Source: Nitrospirales bacterium (GTDB lineage: Bacteria; Nitrospirota; Nitrospiria; Nitrospirales; UBA8639). Taken from it: 64,000 nucleotides of DNA. The DNA is taken from NCBI GenBank assembly GCA_965203295.1, contig CBDBCZ010000017.1:928001-992000 (forward strand). Reading direction: 5' to 3'. A model generated the notes under the pieces. It saw only the letters and a program-made list of their open reading frames with translations, was not told the origin of the DNA and ran no database searches. A program made the position numbers and the translations under genes. Positions 14,887-28,682 of this stretch are shown piece by piece (the first letter of the stretch is position 1; each line of letters opens with the position of its first letter).

Positions 14887-17800
14887 TTAATTCTTACTCT
14901 GATCGCGCTTCAGTGTACCTGCCTGGAACCCAGGTTGAGGTGCACGAATGGAATGCCAGCGACACACTCGATGCCTCGGTGAACCCATTATCTCTTCCCA
15001 GTGACTTCTTCCCGAATCGTGGGGGGACTTCCCACCAATGATTATCACTCCTACAAGTTCGTTTGTCTTGAACCGGTCATAGTCCATGACTAGGATTTCC
15101 AGGCTAATACCTGACGGATTCATCCTTGCCACATCAAATACAAAGGCTTCATTGAACACAGGGGAAAGGGTGTTCTTCTTCACGGATGTTTTCCATTTTG
15201 TGATTCTCTTACCGTCATGTACCAGGTAGATTTTGACATAGGGATCTGTGAATACGGCAGGAAACAGTGAAGCATTAATATTCAACTATAGGTATTCAGT
15301 ACATAACACTCACAATTATAGTGTACTGTAACATATATACAAAGTATGGCGAATTTAGGTATTCATACTGTATGTGAATATACAGTGTACATATGTCATG
15401 GATCAGGTTTGTTCAATCATGCAAAAATCTATAATTGCATATTACTGAAATGTCGCAGAACTGAACTCTTTCAGTATATACAGTGTATCGTATATTTGTA
15501 CCAACACAACAGACTATTTATATTGTTTGGCAGAACAATGGTCATTCCAGGCACGAATTTGAATCTAGTACTGCAACAATACATGTATATTAGGCGATCC
15601 TTGTTCAGTGACGAGACATGCGACAGCTGTAACACATGCAGCACTAGTATGTGTATACATGTGTAAATGCACCATCCCGCACCATCCCACACCACGGCAG
15701 CACTCCGTTACACATGCAGCACTAGTATGTGTATACATTTGTAAAAGACACTGCACACCATCCCACACCACGGCAGCACTCCGTTACACATGCAGCACTA
15801 GTATGTGTATACATTTGTAAAAGACACTGCACACCATCCCACACCACGGCAGCACTCCGTTACACATGCAGCACTAGTATGTGTATACATGTGTAAAAGA
15901 CACTGCGCACCATCCCACACCACGGCAGCACTCCGTTACACATGCAGCACTAGTATGTGTATACATTTGTAAAAGACACTGCACACCATCCCACACCACG
16001 GCAGCACTCCGTTACACATGCAGCACTAGTATGTGTATACATGTGTAAAAGACACTGCGCACCATCCCACACCACGGCAGCACTCCGTTACACATGCAGC
16101 ACTAGTATGTGTATACATTTGTAAAAGACACTGCACACCATCCCACACCACGGCAGCACTCCGTTACACATGCAGCACTAGTATGTGTATACATTTGTAA
16201 AAGACACTGCACACCATCCCACACCACGGCAGCACTCCGTTACACATGCAGCACTAGTATGTGTATACATTTGTAAAAGACACTGCACACCATCCCACAC
16301 CACGGCAGCACTCCGTTACACATGCAGCACTAGTATGTGTATACATTTGTAAAAGACACTGCACACCATCCCACACCACGGCAGCACTCCGTTACACATG
16401 CAGCACTAGTATGTGTATACATGCGTAAAAGACACTGCGCACCATCCCACACCACGGCAGCACTCCGTTACACATGCAGCACTAGTATGTGTATACATGC
16501 GTAAAAGACACTGCACACCATCCCACACCACGGCAGCACTCCGTTACACATGCAGCACTAGTATATATGTGTATACATGTGTAAAAGACACTGCGCACCA
16601 TCCCACACCACGGCAGCACTCCGTGTAGCAATTTAGCATGAATCATAAATATTATCATAAATAACATGCCGGTATTTATGGTCATATATTCCAGGTGCAT
16701 ACAAGTAGACACAACAAGTGTACATACTAGTACATATGCATTGTCAGCTGAGAATGGTCAGTTAGGTCCGTTACACATGGCAACCATCACACACGCCAGA
16801 ATGCATGAAGACATAAAACTTGCAGCATGGATAAAATAGACTATTTTGCCTACTCTTCACTAATTAAATGTTGATCCCCTAGAATGTACTAATGTACATG
16901 TACTTAGATCAATTTATATTGCATTACGTAGCATATTATGTTCCATAAAGAATGTATTGAGGGGGGGGGGGGGGGGGTTACCCCCACACAAAATTCATTC
17001 TTGACATGGTCCATTAACTTCTGTACCCAACTCGCTATTGCGATTAAATTTGAGATGTCATTAAATTACATCACACAGATTTAGTCACAGTAATGTTGAA
17101 TAATTAATGAACAGGAAGTGACATCAGCAGAATATTAACTCAGTGTTAATGATTACATAAATGATCCTATACGAGAACTAAATTTTCATTTCATCCCATG
17201 CGTAGCGGTTTAATCTTACATTTTCAGGCACATTGATCACCAGTACTACAGCTTACTTACCTGCTAGTCCCACTCTGCCAAGTTTTTGCAGCCCTGTTGC
17301 TTTGAGAACGACCCCTTGCAATTGGCAGGCAGGGGGCTGGTATGATAGAGAAACCAGGACCTCACCCTTTCCACTCTAAAAAGGAAAAGACAATATCATG
17401 GTAAAAAATCGTGGAATGATTATATGTGTAGGTACACATACAGTTACATCTGTGTACATGTTTTGGACTAGCATGCCATCACAGTTCGTGGCAAGTATTG
17501 TGCTTGACAACGACTTATTTGTCTACAGTTACAGCACATTTATGGTAATCAGTATTGATTTTCACTTGTCAATGATTGAGACCTAATAATCACAAGAATG
17601 CGCAAACAGCAGCCAAATACATGCCATTGTACTGTTAGTACATTAGAGATAGTAGACGTAGTTACAATAGCAGTCTTAAATGTCATTTTCCCTCCCTTTT
17701 CCCCCTCGGGCTGCATGCAAAACTTTAAGGACTTCGCATGTAGGGTCTAGAGAATTTTGGCCTCTTTGACCCTAGCTGCCAATGCTGGTGAACTGCTTAT

Positions 17801-18717
17801 GTAGCAACATGCATACATGCAAACACGTGCAAACACATGCATACAATGGAAATGTGGTATTCCCATGGATAGCCATCCACACAGTAAAGAGTTCATACCC
17901 TTGCTTCATGTGCTTTGCCATCAATTGGAACGATCATCGTAGCACCATAGAGGTCGGCATCTTTCATTGGCAGCATCGAAGCTCCAATGAAGTCTTTTTT
18001 GGTGTCTTTATCATGATCGAAAACTTTGAACACTATGGTCTGGCGTTGAATATCATCCGCACGAACTTTCTTGAATTCAAACTGCTCATTAAAGCTGGGA
18101 TTTGACGTCCTGTAGACTATCTTGGATTGAAAAAGTTCCTCCCTGCTTGGATCAAGGTACATCACCACAAAAGGGTTGTTCGTTCCCCTCTGCTCGTTTA
18201 CTGGGATGTCATAGGCTTTGAACAAGGTGAGAGTGAGGGTACAACGCTGAAGGTCATAGTAGAGGGATACACTTAGTCTTGGCTCCTCTTTGGTTTCCTT
18301 ATCCGATCCTGATACAGGTGATGCCTCGATGTCCTGAGCATCCGGTATCAAACTACCACGATCCCTGTCAATATCCCGTATTCTACACTCATAATCCATT
18401 CCAAAAAGATCAGGTTTGAAATGCCTGACAGTAGGAGAAGAATCTTCCGTGCTCTGGCTTATTCTTCGTTGTTGTGTGTGGCCAGTCTGCTGAACCACCG
18501 GCTGCTGTGTTACGACTTCATCAATGCGGAAGTCAGGGTTGGCACAATATTCCATCTGAGGAAGCTGGAAAATTTTCTTCATGGGCACCTGGTGAAACTC
18601 GGGCATTTCAGCCACGACTCGTTGAGTATTGAGCTGGTGGTATTCAACGTCGGGGTACTGCTTTGCTGCATCTTTATCGGAGAAACAACTGCAGCAGCAC
18701 TTTGGGCAATAGTTCAT
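14887..18717 (-). CDS. Syt-4: synaptotagmin-like tandem-C2 protein, ~430 aa (exons 18717-17899, 17375-17261, 15245-14887)
   Basis: MNYCPKCCCSCF start. C2A: LSVSLYYD...FDHDKDTKKDFIG. Exon 2: SGKGEVLVSLSYQP...GLA. Exon 3: DPYVKIYL...MDYDRFKTNELVG...HWEEIMGSPRHRVCRWH. Confidence 0.9.
15631..16624. repeat. 76-bp minisatellite, ~13 near-identical copies, in Syt-4 intron 2
   Basis: The unit CACTCCGTTACACATGCAGCACTAGTATGTG...CCACGGCAG recurs at 15701, 15777 and 16081 (5x76 from 15701). Confidence 0.95.
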
Positions 18718-19041
18718 TGTACTTATAATCAATGTGTCTGTTGTACACACCAAACAGAGACTGGCAGCGACTAATAATTAATCCGCCTACATATGGGCGA
18801 AGAATAGCCGTTGATGCAGTATACAAATATTAACTATAATAATATCTCACAACATGTACATGTAGAACTCGACACGATAATACAAAATATACAATAAAGA
18901 AGAAAGGCTGAACTAAATGATCCCGTCCACCCAGAACTTGCATTTACGCACACGAACTCACGCGCACAGCTATATATACCTATGGCTACATGTACACTAC
19001 GTGTATATAGTGTACACTCATACATGTAGACCTAGACTCAC

Positions 19042-19400
19042 CGCAGGAATTCGAAGATGCTACAGCAAGTGACAGTAACAGTGATTCTCTTCGCTAGCAG
19101 GGCCGAGCAGTCGAAACACGAGCATACCGAATGCTACTACTAGACATCCGGGCTACGTACCGGGAATGGTGTACATGGCTTCGAAGTATTCCTGTTATTC
19201 TGCTGAATGGCACAAACATTATCCGCTGAAATCCCCGTTGCCATGTGTAATTACAGTACTTGAACACATAATGTACTATATAATTATGTGACTGTGTATG
19301 TGATATCGCATCATGAAACGTCAACAAAAATACGCGTGACGTCATCCGTGACGTTTGCACGCGTGAGCTCACCATGTACCATCGAATGGCGCCTGGCGCC
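19042..19400 (-). promoter_or_regulatory. Putative non-coding first exon and promoter of Syt-4
   Basis: Minus-strand donor GCG|GTGAGT at 19041, CpG-rich surroundings, and a CRE TGACGTCA at 19337-19344. Confidence 0.45.
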
Positions 19401-19413
19401 ATGGCATTTCCTT

Positions 19414-19505
19414 CTAGTCTCGTGCCCAGACACCCACGCCTTTCCGGCGAAGATCTTTTAAGAGTCACAGCGAGGGGGAGGAGCGACGGTCTGGGCACGA
19501 GACTA
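19414..19505. mobile_element. Short palindromic MITE family (TAGYCTCG..CCCAG...CTGGG..CGAGRCTA); other copies at ~28241-28282, 28750-28826, 35547-35637, 56019-56068
   Basis: TAGTCTCGTGCCCAGAC...GTCTGGGCACGAGACTA, with related TA-flanked inverted termini at the other sites. Confidence 0.7.
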
Positions 19506-20603
19506 ATTTCCTTCAACATGCAATTGTTGAAGGAAATAACTGTAGGTTTATGGCATCACCAAATAGTCCAAGCTCAAAATCTTTTCTGTATAATATTATT
19601 ATTTTATGTCAAAACCGAGTCAGATGTCTAACGTTAACTCCATCACATAAGTGGAATCCACCATCATGAAGTTCTTTGTAGTAATATCTCATTGTATGTA
19701 ATGTAGGAATGATACCAGGCAAAGAGTATATAAGCACACACATTTAATAAACAGGACGTTAATGCAATAATAAGTCTAAAACTATATTGTAAATTGCCAG
19801 TCCTTATGTAAACTGGTGAACGTGAGCTAAGAACTTTCAATAATATTTGTACATGCACTGAAAAAACAAGTGTTGCTTTAATCCAGCTGGAGGTACATGT
19901 GTATCTCAGTAAACTGTTGCATGTTCATTACCAAAACCAAAAATGTGCATTCAGGCAGATCAATAACATTATTTGCCCAACATAAAACTTTTATGGCTCC
20001 TACAATACGCAATAGTAGCTTTAGAGAAAGTCATTTATGACCTTCCGATATCTATACATCATACCTGCAGTTATATGTATTACGAGTGGCTGGAAGTACA
20101 TGTAGACTCTTGACCTAATTTTCAGTTCCAGGAGCCAGTGAGAGAGGGAGTCTTAGGAGCCGGGCTGGCAACCGGCTTGACCTGGGGGTCACTCAGTCCT
20201 ATATAGGTTCGAGTGACCCGGGGGGGGGAGGGGTCTGTATGCAGGGTCAGATTGCCATGCTGGGTCATCTTTGATTTTAGCACCTATCTGCTGCATACAG
20301 TTAAAGACCAAAACAATATGCACTTCGTAGTGTGGCTATATAGGCGACCATAGATGGACGTGAAGGCAGAAAAAGAATATACAGCGCAATCATGTTAATT
20401 ATACAACTACGTAATAGCTAATAATTGCAAAAAGTCATCTAAAAAGATGTGTAGAAATGATGACAGGCAAGCAATAACTACCGTAGAGCACACACACACA
20501 GTAAACACAATCCAGCGCAAGCGTAGCAATACAGCACAAGCAAATGCATACAAAAATATGAGCAGCACAAAAAAAATGAATGGCTTACATTTTCAGTCCC
20601 TTC

Positions 20604-22606
20604 TCAGTTAATTTTGAGTGGCTTTAGAGTAAGCTTTATATCATCGGCGGTCCTCATTATTACCTTCGGTACAAGTTCTACCTTATGACCGTCCGTCAAA
20701 GAGAGAGAGAAATGATTCACAATGGAAGCAACCACAGCTCTCTCCTCATTCATGGCAAAGACCTGCCCGATACAGTTGCGGTGACCAGCTGAAAAGGGAA
20801 TATAGGCAAAAGGATGTCGGCCGTCTGCGTTACTAGGATGGAACCGCAGGGGGTCAAATTCATCAGGGTTTGGCCAAGTGTCGGGCTGCCGATGAACGTT
20901 GAAGATGTTTACACTGAGCAACATTCCTTTCGGAATAAAAAACCCCCCCAGTTCCAAATCTTTGGAGGCTTCACGAAAGAATATAAACACGGGCGGGTAG
21001 AGCCTCATGGCTTCCTTGATGCACCACTGCGTGTACTTGAGCTCCTTGAGATCGTCGTACTCTAGTGATTCTCTCCCCTTGAGGACGCTTCTCACTTCTT
21101 CCCTCACTTTGTCCTGGTGCTCGGGATACTTTGCCAGACAGTAGAGTGTCCACGATATGCCGCTGGTCGTGGTGTCGTGGCCTTCGAACATAAAGGTGTC
21201 GGCTTCGTTCCGGATTTCCAAGTCCGTCAGTCCCGTTCCGTCTTCATCAACGGCTGTGAGCAGTATGTCCAGGAAGTCGAGATACTTTCTCTGCTTCGCT
21301 GCGCCTTCGAGGATTGCTGCTGCACTCTCAGTGTTCCTACCGATCCCCGTATCCAATAATCCCAGGGCCTTCCGTCGCTCCCGAATGACCCTTTCAGAGT
21401 GATCATGGACAGCTTGGCAGAGTTTCTTCATCCTTCTTCCAGATGGGACTAGTGCGTATATCCAGTCATTGTAATAGAGAGGATTGAAGAATCTTTCCGA
21501 TACCAGTTCAATGAGTTCGTATATATCCCTGATGTAAGGATGTCTCCTTTCAACATTCTGACAGTCACTTGTATAGCTAAACGCACAACGCAAGATGATG
21601 TCCAATGAAAGCAAGCTCATGGTGTCAAACAGCTTAACCGGCTCATTTTTGCTAGCAGATACGGTCCACTTCTTCAAAAGGGTTTTCACGCAACTGTTGT
21701 AGACAGAAACGTATGGTTTAAGAATCTCATAATGGAAAGCGGGAGTTAGCAGGCGACGATTTCGATGCCACTTTGCTCCACCAGATATCAGTATCCCGTC
21801 TCCAAGCCAGGGTTCCAGTATCCGGTAAGTATCATATTGTTTTGGCTCCTGTAACACCTTCTTGACTAGATCGCAATGATGAACACTCACTTGGGCAAAG
21901 AAAGGACCGAACCATATCCTTGCGACCTTTAGACCACGACTACAGACGTAGTTTTTCAACTTCAGTAATGACTTTTCGTCCGGAGCAACTTCATTAAGGT
22001 TGCCCCAAAGCCAGTGCTTAGGGTACCCTGTATATGTGGAGTATAACCATTCACAATTAGAGATGCTGCAATCTTACAGCTGCAGAAACTTTGCAATCTA
22101 GAGCAATATCCAAAACCCTGACCTACCCTTATCTCATGACCCTTAGCATAATTAACACACCCAAAGTAAGCATTTGACCATATAAGGGATTGCCAGCCAC
22201 AAGGTTTAGATACCTAACTACATTAGTTGCTTGGAGGCTGCATGCAAAAGGAGCGGCTGTGTGGACCAACAGGGAGAGTGTCTATCTGTTAGTAGCTATT
22301 GTCTCTCCCTACACTAGCCTCGTACCCAGGCCACGCGAGACCTGGCCAGAATTAAAGATTAATTTCTAGGCATATGCGTAGAACAGTAGAGTGATTCCCC
22401 AAATTCATCACGCCAGCACCCTAGCTTATATTAACAGCATGAACAGGAACAGATTGACTGCACGCATGCAACATCTAACCTGGCAAACGGCTAGCTGCTT
22501 TGAACAAGCGGTAATATTTAAGCAGGCGACCCGGAATGTTCCACCAGAGGCCGAGCAGCAGCACAAGAGCCGCTCCGAATGTCCAACTAAGCACAGAGGC
22601 GACCAT
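20604..22606 (-). CDS. CYP4: Cytochrome P450, CYP4 clan, ~516 aa (exons 22606-22480, 22027-20604)
   Basis: Exon 1 encodes a hydrophobic anchor (MVASVLSWTFGAALVLLLGLWW...RLP). It splices in phase 1 to GYPKHWLWGNL. Motifs: WHRNRRLLTPAFH, I-helix FMFEGHDTT, EAMR (ExxR), DPLRF, and heme-binding PFSAGHRNCIG. The subfamily cannot be assigned by eye. Confidence 0.95.
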
Positions 22607-22639
22607 CTTTACGAACGGCACGCGTTGTACCGTTTGAAG

Positions 22640-22720
22640 GGGCGAAGCTCTTTCTTGCTAATGACGTCATAGTTTCAGGACCGGAAGTGTAGCTCTGAAC
22701 TGAACCTCAAAAGGAGACGA
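22640..22720 (-). promoter_or_regulatory. Putative CYP4 proximal promoter: CRE TGACGTCA (22662-22669), ETS CCGGAAGT (22681-22688), and the array-wide conserved motif (22691-22719)
   Basis: Consensus sites lie 55-110 bp upstream of the ATG at 22606, in CpG-rich sequence. Confidence 0.5.
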
Positions 22721-23113
22721 AAGTCTCTTGCACTGTTAAACAATGCGTTAAGAAAATTCTAAGCATAAAATTGGCATTAGGCTCCTTCTAAAGGCACACA
22801 GCATAGCTATTAATGTCATGTCTTTCATTCTATAACAATACGGTATATGAGTACCGAACATGTCTACAGCATACATACTAGCCCAGATACATGTAGCTTC
22901 ATAGAAAGTTGGATTGCAATGTGTCGCTTTAATTTTGTGCTTCATGCTTGTCAATCAACGAATGCATGGATCACATCAATTCCTACTTGCATGTTTGCGA
23001 ACAAAAGGTCACGCAGTATCCAAAAGGCAGCAAAAGTAAATACTACTATGACTATGAACAGTTAGTCCACACTTTTTTAAAGTAGTTCACTTTAGAATCT
23101 TTCTACGAGCGCT

Positions 23114-25241
23114 TCAGTGTATCGGCCTAGATCCTGTATGGTGTGGTGGACGAATCGAATGCCAGCGACTCACTCGATGCTTTGGTGAAGCCATTATCTC
23201 ATCCCAGTGGCTTTTCCCCGATTCGTGGGGTGAATGCTCACCAATGACTACCACTCCCACGAGATCATTTGCCGTGAACCGGTCGTAGTCCATGAGTGAG
23301 AATTCCAGGCTGATATCTAAAAGATCCATTCTTGATACATCAAAGGCAAAGGATTCGTTGAACACAGGAACGAGGGTGTTCTTCTTCACGGAAGTTTTCC
23401 ATTTTTTCATTCTCTTGCCACCATAAATCAGGTAGACTTTCACATAGGGATCTATGCATGACAGGAAACAGTAAAAATCACTGCAGCTATATATTATACA
23501 CAAAGTATGCATGGCTATGTAGGCACAAAGCAATATAATATATGTAGCTATGCATAACTGAATATGCATACAAAATTCGCAGACATAGTAACACAATAAT
23601 TATTTTTACTATAAGTAGTAGCCACAAATTGTTGTCAGACTTTGAATAATTAAATCCAACTACAACATAGGTACTGTTTGAACTGAGATCCCGGCAGGAA
23701 TTGAATCTGCATGGTTTCCTGGCACTGGAGCTGCAGAGGATACACTTGTAGCCCTTACTCTGTACTCAAGGCCCAAAGTACCCTAGCTGTTCACTGTATG
23801 TAGCACGCAAGGTGTTTTCAACAGCTATACACTGAGTTAGGAATTAAACTGTGTTCATATATATATATGTCCTTAAATCCAGAGAGCCAGAGAGCTCCAG
23901 TAGCTCAGTGGTATGAGCATCAGAAAGAATTCAGCAGACTTAGTTTCAAGTCCTGCCTGGATCCAAGTTAAAGTTTTTAATCTCTGATGTACAAATATCC
24001 ATCCTTTTCACGATTAAATTTTTGTACTGTTAATTACCTGCTAGTCCCACAATGTTCTGTTTTTGAAGCCCAGTTGCTTTGAGAATGATCCCTTGTAGCT
24101 GGTTGTGAGTGGGGTGGTACAGTAGAGAAATTAGTAGCTCACCCTTTTCATCCTAAAGGGTAAAGGAGAATATCATGGTGTGTTTAATTTAGACAAATTT
24201 GAGTGTGCAGTACTATTTACTTACGGCTATTTACTAGACTAGTATACCATACAGTTCATGTACTTAATACCAAAGTATTAGTATTGTTATACCCTTCAGC
24301 TATCTCTTTTATGCATCAATGTCAGTAACTATTGCTTAGCATAGTCATTACATGATAGTCAGCAGAATTAAACTCAACATAATTTTTAATTTACACAACA
24401 GTCTAATCTTAGTACATAACACTTATATTCATACCCTTGGCTCCAGTTTTGTCTCATCAATTGCAACAGTCATTGTGGCACCATAGATGTCGGCATCTTT
24501 CAGTGGCAGCATCGAAGCTCCGATGAAGTACTTCTTGGAGTACTTGTCGTTATCATATACTTTGAACACAATGGTCTGGGACTGAATATCATTGAGAGAA
24601 ACATTCTTGAATTCGAAGTGCTCATTAAAGCAGGGATTCAACGTCTCGTAGACTATTCTCGATTGAAATACTTCTTCCCTGCTTGGATCTAGGTACATCA
24701 CCACAAACGGGTCACTCGTACCCCTCCAGTCTTTCGCTGGGAGGTCACAGGCTTTGATTAAGGTGAGAGTGAGGGTATAACGCTGAAGATCATAGTAGAG
24801 AGAAAAGGTCAGACTTGATTCGGATTTGGTTTCGCTACCGACTGCAGGTGACATTTCTTTTTCCTGAACCTCGGGCGTCCAACTACTACTACTACGCCCC
24901 CTATCAACGTCTGGACTGGATGAATACTTTGATCTGCTCTCATAAACTATGCCCAACGGGCAGGTTGGTAACGGGGAAGGTGTAAAACGCTTCACTGGCT
25001 GCTGCGTGACGACTTCATCGAAGCAGAAGTCGGGCTTGACTCCGTACTCCATTTGAAGCTGCGGAAGCTCGAAAATCTTCTTCATAGGCACTTGGTGAAA
25101 CTCTGGGACTTCAGCCACGACTTTGGGCTGGGATGGTGTGGTCATGGCCTGATGATACTCAATGTGAGGGTACTTCTTTGCAGTGTCGTCTTCATCGAAG
25201 CAGTAGTAGCAGCAACAGCAGCAGACCCTCAGGCAGTTCAT
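23114..25241 (-). CDS. Syt-5: synaptotagmin-like tandem-C2 protein, ~419 aa (exons 25241-24435, 24152-24038, 23451-23114)
   Basis: MNCLRVCCCCCYYCF start. C2A: KDWRGTSDPFVV...YDNDKYSKKYFIG. Exon 2: DEKGELLISLLY...GLA. Exon 3: DPYVKVYL...MDYDRFTANDLVG. Frame intact. Confidence 0.9.
23894..23964 (+). mobile_element. tRNA-derived SINE remnant in Syt-5 intron 2; second partial copy at ~29935-29990
   Basis: A-box TAGCTCAGTGG, B-box-like GTTTCAAGTCC, and CCAG/CTGG acceptor-like pairing. The anticodon arm is degenerate. Confidence 0.55.
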
Positions 25242-25641
25242 TGTGCTTCCCGATTGCTACGGCCCGTAACGGGCCACCTACACAAGGGACAAGATAGTAA
25301 AAAAAAATCACTTGTTTTGCAGTATGGAGAGCACTGTATAAGAAATGTTAGCAGTTTTATTTGCATGCATGCACAGATATACAGACGGATAGTTACAAGG
25401 GCCATGCATGCTTGCTTTGTGACACACACATACTGCATGAGGCTAGTAATAAATGGGTCTTAGTGTGCTGTGTAGTAGCTACTTCAGCTAAGCAATATTG
25501 CCGGTCATTGCCTGGAAAAAGTGAGTACAGTATCATCTCGTACTTTGGTCCAGACATGTTAGTAACCCTACAACAAGGTTTCAAATACATGGGTCACAGA
25601 TCAGATCGGCAGAAGTGCTTCCAGGAACACATGCACGCAGC

Positions 25642-25930
<289 letters not shown>

Positions 25931-26134
25931 ATCGTGCCAATTCAAAATCACATTGTCAGTATACCATAATTTATATTACATACTTGCAAGAGTATGTACA
26001 CACTACACTATAATTTTAAAGATACATTATACATTACACACACATTGATTCATAAAATCTGTATAGTTACTCGTATTATAGCTGCAGCTGTTGAAAAAAT
26101 CTTGACGACTTGACTTTGATAAATTCTTCAGAAT

Positions 26135-26700
26135 CGGATGGTTGCCACAAGCTTGGTATAGGTTGGTTTCACTATACTGGCTTCCTACACAACAGACTAC
26201 CTAATTGACCATTCTTACCTAACAATGATTGACCATTCTTATAAATTGTCTGACAGTGATTGACAATTCTTATAAATTGTCTGACAATGATTGACCATTC
26301 TTACCCTCAATGCACATGTAATAACAGTATATACCTGTTGTGTCAAATGGTTGCCACAAGCTTGCATGGTTGGTTTCACTATACACTGGCTTCCTACGCA
26401 CAGACTACCTAATTGACCATTCTTACCTACAACGATTGACCATTCTTATAAATTGTCTGACAGTGATTGACCATTCTTACCCTCAATGCACATGTAATAA
26501 CAGTGTATACCTGTTGTGTCAAATGGTTGCCACAAGCTTGCATGGTTGGTTTCACTACACTGGCTTCCTACCCACAGACTACCTGTCAGTGACCATTCTT
26601 ACCTAACATTGATTGACCATTCTTATAAATTATCTGACAATGGTTGACCATTTTCACCTGACAATGCACATGTAATAACAGTGTATACTTGTTGTGGCTA
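26135..26700. repeat. ~180-200-bp tandem repeat, ~3 copies, with internal ATTGACCATTCTTA subrepeats
   Basis: ATGGTTGCCACAAGCTTG recurs at ~26138, 26347 and 26523. Confidence 0.85.
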
Positions 26701-26939
26701 ACTGTATGCACCTGCAATATAAGTACATGCACCAGCTGTATTTGATGATTCTTGCCAAGTTGCTACAGCAGCTTTCACTGCCTTTGCAAGCAATCAGAGT
26801 AAAGCCCACTGCACTAATGGGTGGGTGAGTGATTAATTAGGCTTTGAAGTCCTCTTCTGAAGGAGGTGATCACTTCTTGAATCACACTAGCTGTGGTTTT
26901 ACCTCTTCTGGTTAGCCATTGCACGGGTTATGAAAACTG

Positions 26940-27367
26940 CCAGAGGAGGTTGGAAGCAATCACGTGCGCTAATAGTGGAATACAATTAGCTATGTTGGCT
27001 GATATGCAAAGAAAACGCCTCGGGCAGAGAGGAGCAATAATAGCCGCTCCGCGAGTGATCTTGTGTAAGTTTAGCCGTTTTCAAAGTAAAATAGCTAGAA
27101 TCTGAGTGGTAAAACCACAACCATACTGAAATTTTTGCAACCTCACTAAGAATTCGATGCATTCAAGCTCAATCTTGTGCAGCACAGCTCCATACTTGGA
27201 AGCCAAGGTTTTTGAGGCGACGTCCCCACCCGTCCCCTTGAGCTACAAAATGTTATGTAGGCCAGACACTGTAAATCCTTCAGTATTCATCTCAATAGAA
27301 TGCTATTAGCTACACGTGACATCATGGATTTATTGACATACAGGTAAGTGCTTCCAACCTCCTCTGG
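26940..27367. mobile_element. ~430-bp TIR element; partial copy at ~3288-3480 in Syt-1 intron 1
   Basis: TIR CCAGAGGAGGTTGGAAGCA / TGCTTCCAACCTCCTCTGG. It abuts another dispersed repeat (26764-26940) that also occurs at ~61321-61560. Confidence 0.7.
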
Positions 27368-28342
27368 TGTGGGATGGTGCCACAGTGAAACCTTTGCAAC
27401 AATGTGGTAGTGCAGCCACAGTCTGTAAAGGCCATGCACCTAATCACACAGTGCATAACCCCCATTCACCTCTATACACTCAATACTGAAGCCATTAGTT
27501 TCCTACTGAAGCCACAGGGAAGCCATTCATTTTATACTTTGAACCAAGTTGTCAATGAGTGCATGCCTTCATTGCTGTAGGTGTAGTCATACGTGCACAA
27601 ATAAAGTTCCATTTCTTCATTGCTGTAGTCATACTGTACAATGTCATGCACGATTATAAGTTCCACTTCTTTGCTGCTGTAGTCATACATGATCATATTA
27701 AGTTTCACATTCTTAATTTTAGTCATTCATGCATGAAATAAGTGAGCTGTTTCATTAGCAAGTATGATTAATAAATCATTACCGCATAGACTTAGGCATA
27801 CAGCTAGTATAACTGTTTTATATTATGACGCAGGCTGTTTAATATTATGGTGATGTGCCATCTTAGGTTCACTAACCTAATGAGTGATAGTTGGCGTGAA
27901 AGGGGGTTGCGGTCGTGACGCTAAGTATGCGTCCAAGGAGCTTTCGTGATTTTACTCAATATCTGCAGTTAACTATTTTTGTCTACAATACTGCCCCAGG
28001 AACTGGTAAATATTATAAAAATCCTTTTCTAGGGCATAATATTATATAATAAAAATGTGGGAGAGCCTTGCTCAGCTGCAAGAAATGGTGACCATAAACA
28101 TTAATTTATTTGTCCACAATTCATGACAACACACGGAGTGCACACATACATAATACAAGTGAACTGAAACTTAAGATCAAGTTGAATAGAACACGTACAT
28201 ATCATGCAGTCTGGGGTACTACGCGAGACTAATCATGCAGTAGCCTCGAACCCAGGCCTTCCACGCAGATTTTTTCGCAGCCGAGGCCTGGGTTCGAGGC
28301 TAATCATGCAGTACGTATTAGCTACCTATGGTGCGTACTCAC

Positions 28343-28500
28343 CATGTATGTACGGCAAGAACGATCAAACACCGTCCACTGGGACTCCGGCTGCGGCCCC
28401 CTAGCGGAGCGCAAGAATATCAAACTTCGATAGGCATAATATTATGACTCCTTGGCGCCTACATGTATGTAATACGTTCGGTGACGTCATGTCCGGTTGA
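28343..28500 (-). promoter_or_regulatory. Putative non-coding first exon and promoter of Syt-5
   Basis: Donor ATG|GTGAGT at 28342 and CRE TGACGTCA at 28482-28489, in CpG-rich sequence. Homologous sequence (TACTCACCAT...ACGGCAAGAA) occurs upstream of Syt-9 at ~54355. Confidence 0.4.
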
Positions 28501-28573
28501 ATAGAGTGTACGCTTAAATTGTTTGAAGCCCCTCCCTCAAGCTCCCTGTGTGTGCAGTGGTGAATGAGAGAGG

Positions 28574-28682
28574 TAGTCTAGCTAGCTATCCCCAACTTCT
28601 ACCCACCTAGGGATCACTTTCAGGATCCTGGCCTGCCAGCGATCTCTAGGTGGGTAGAAGTTGGGGATAGCTAGCTAGACTA
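28574..28682. repeat. ~108-bp near-perfect palindrome (MITE-like hairpin)
   Basis: TAGTCTAGCTAGCTATCCCCAACTTCTACCCACCTAG ... CTAGGTGGGTAGAAGTTGGGGATAGCTAGCTAGACTA. Confidence 0.85.

Noticed and set aside
23894..23964. Functional tRNA gene
   Set aside because: A and B boxes are present, but the anticodon and T arms are degenerate and a related partial copy exists, so a SINE remnant is more likely.
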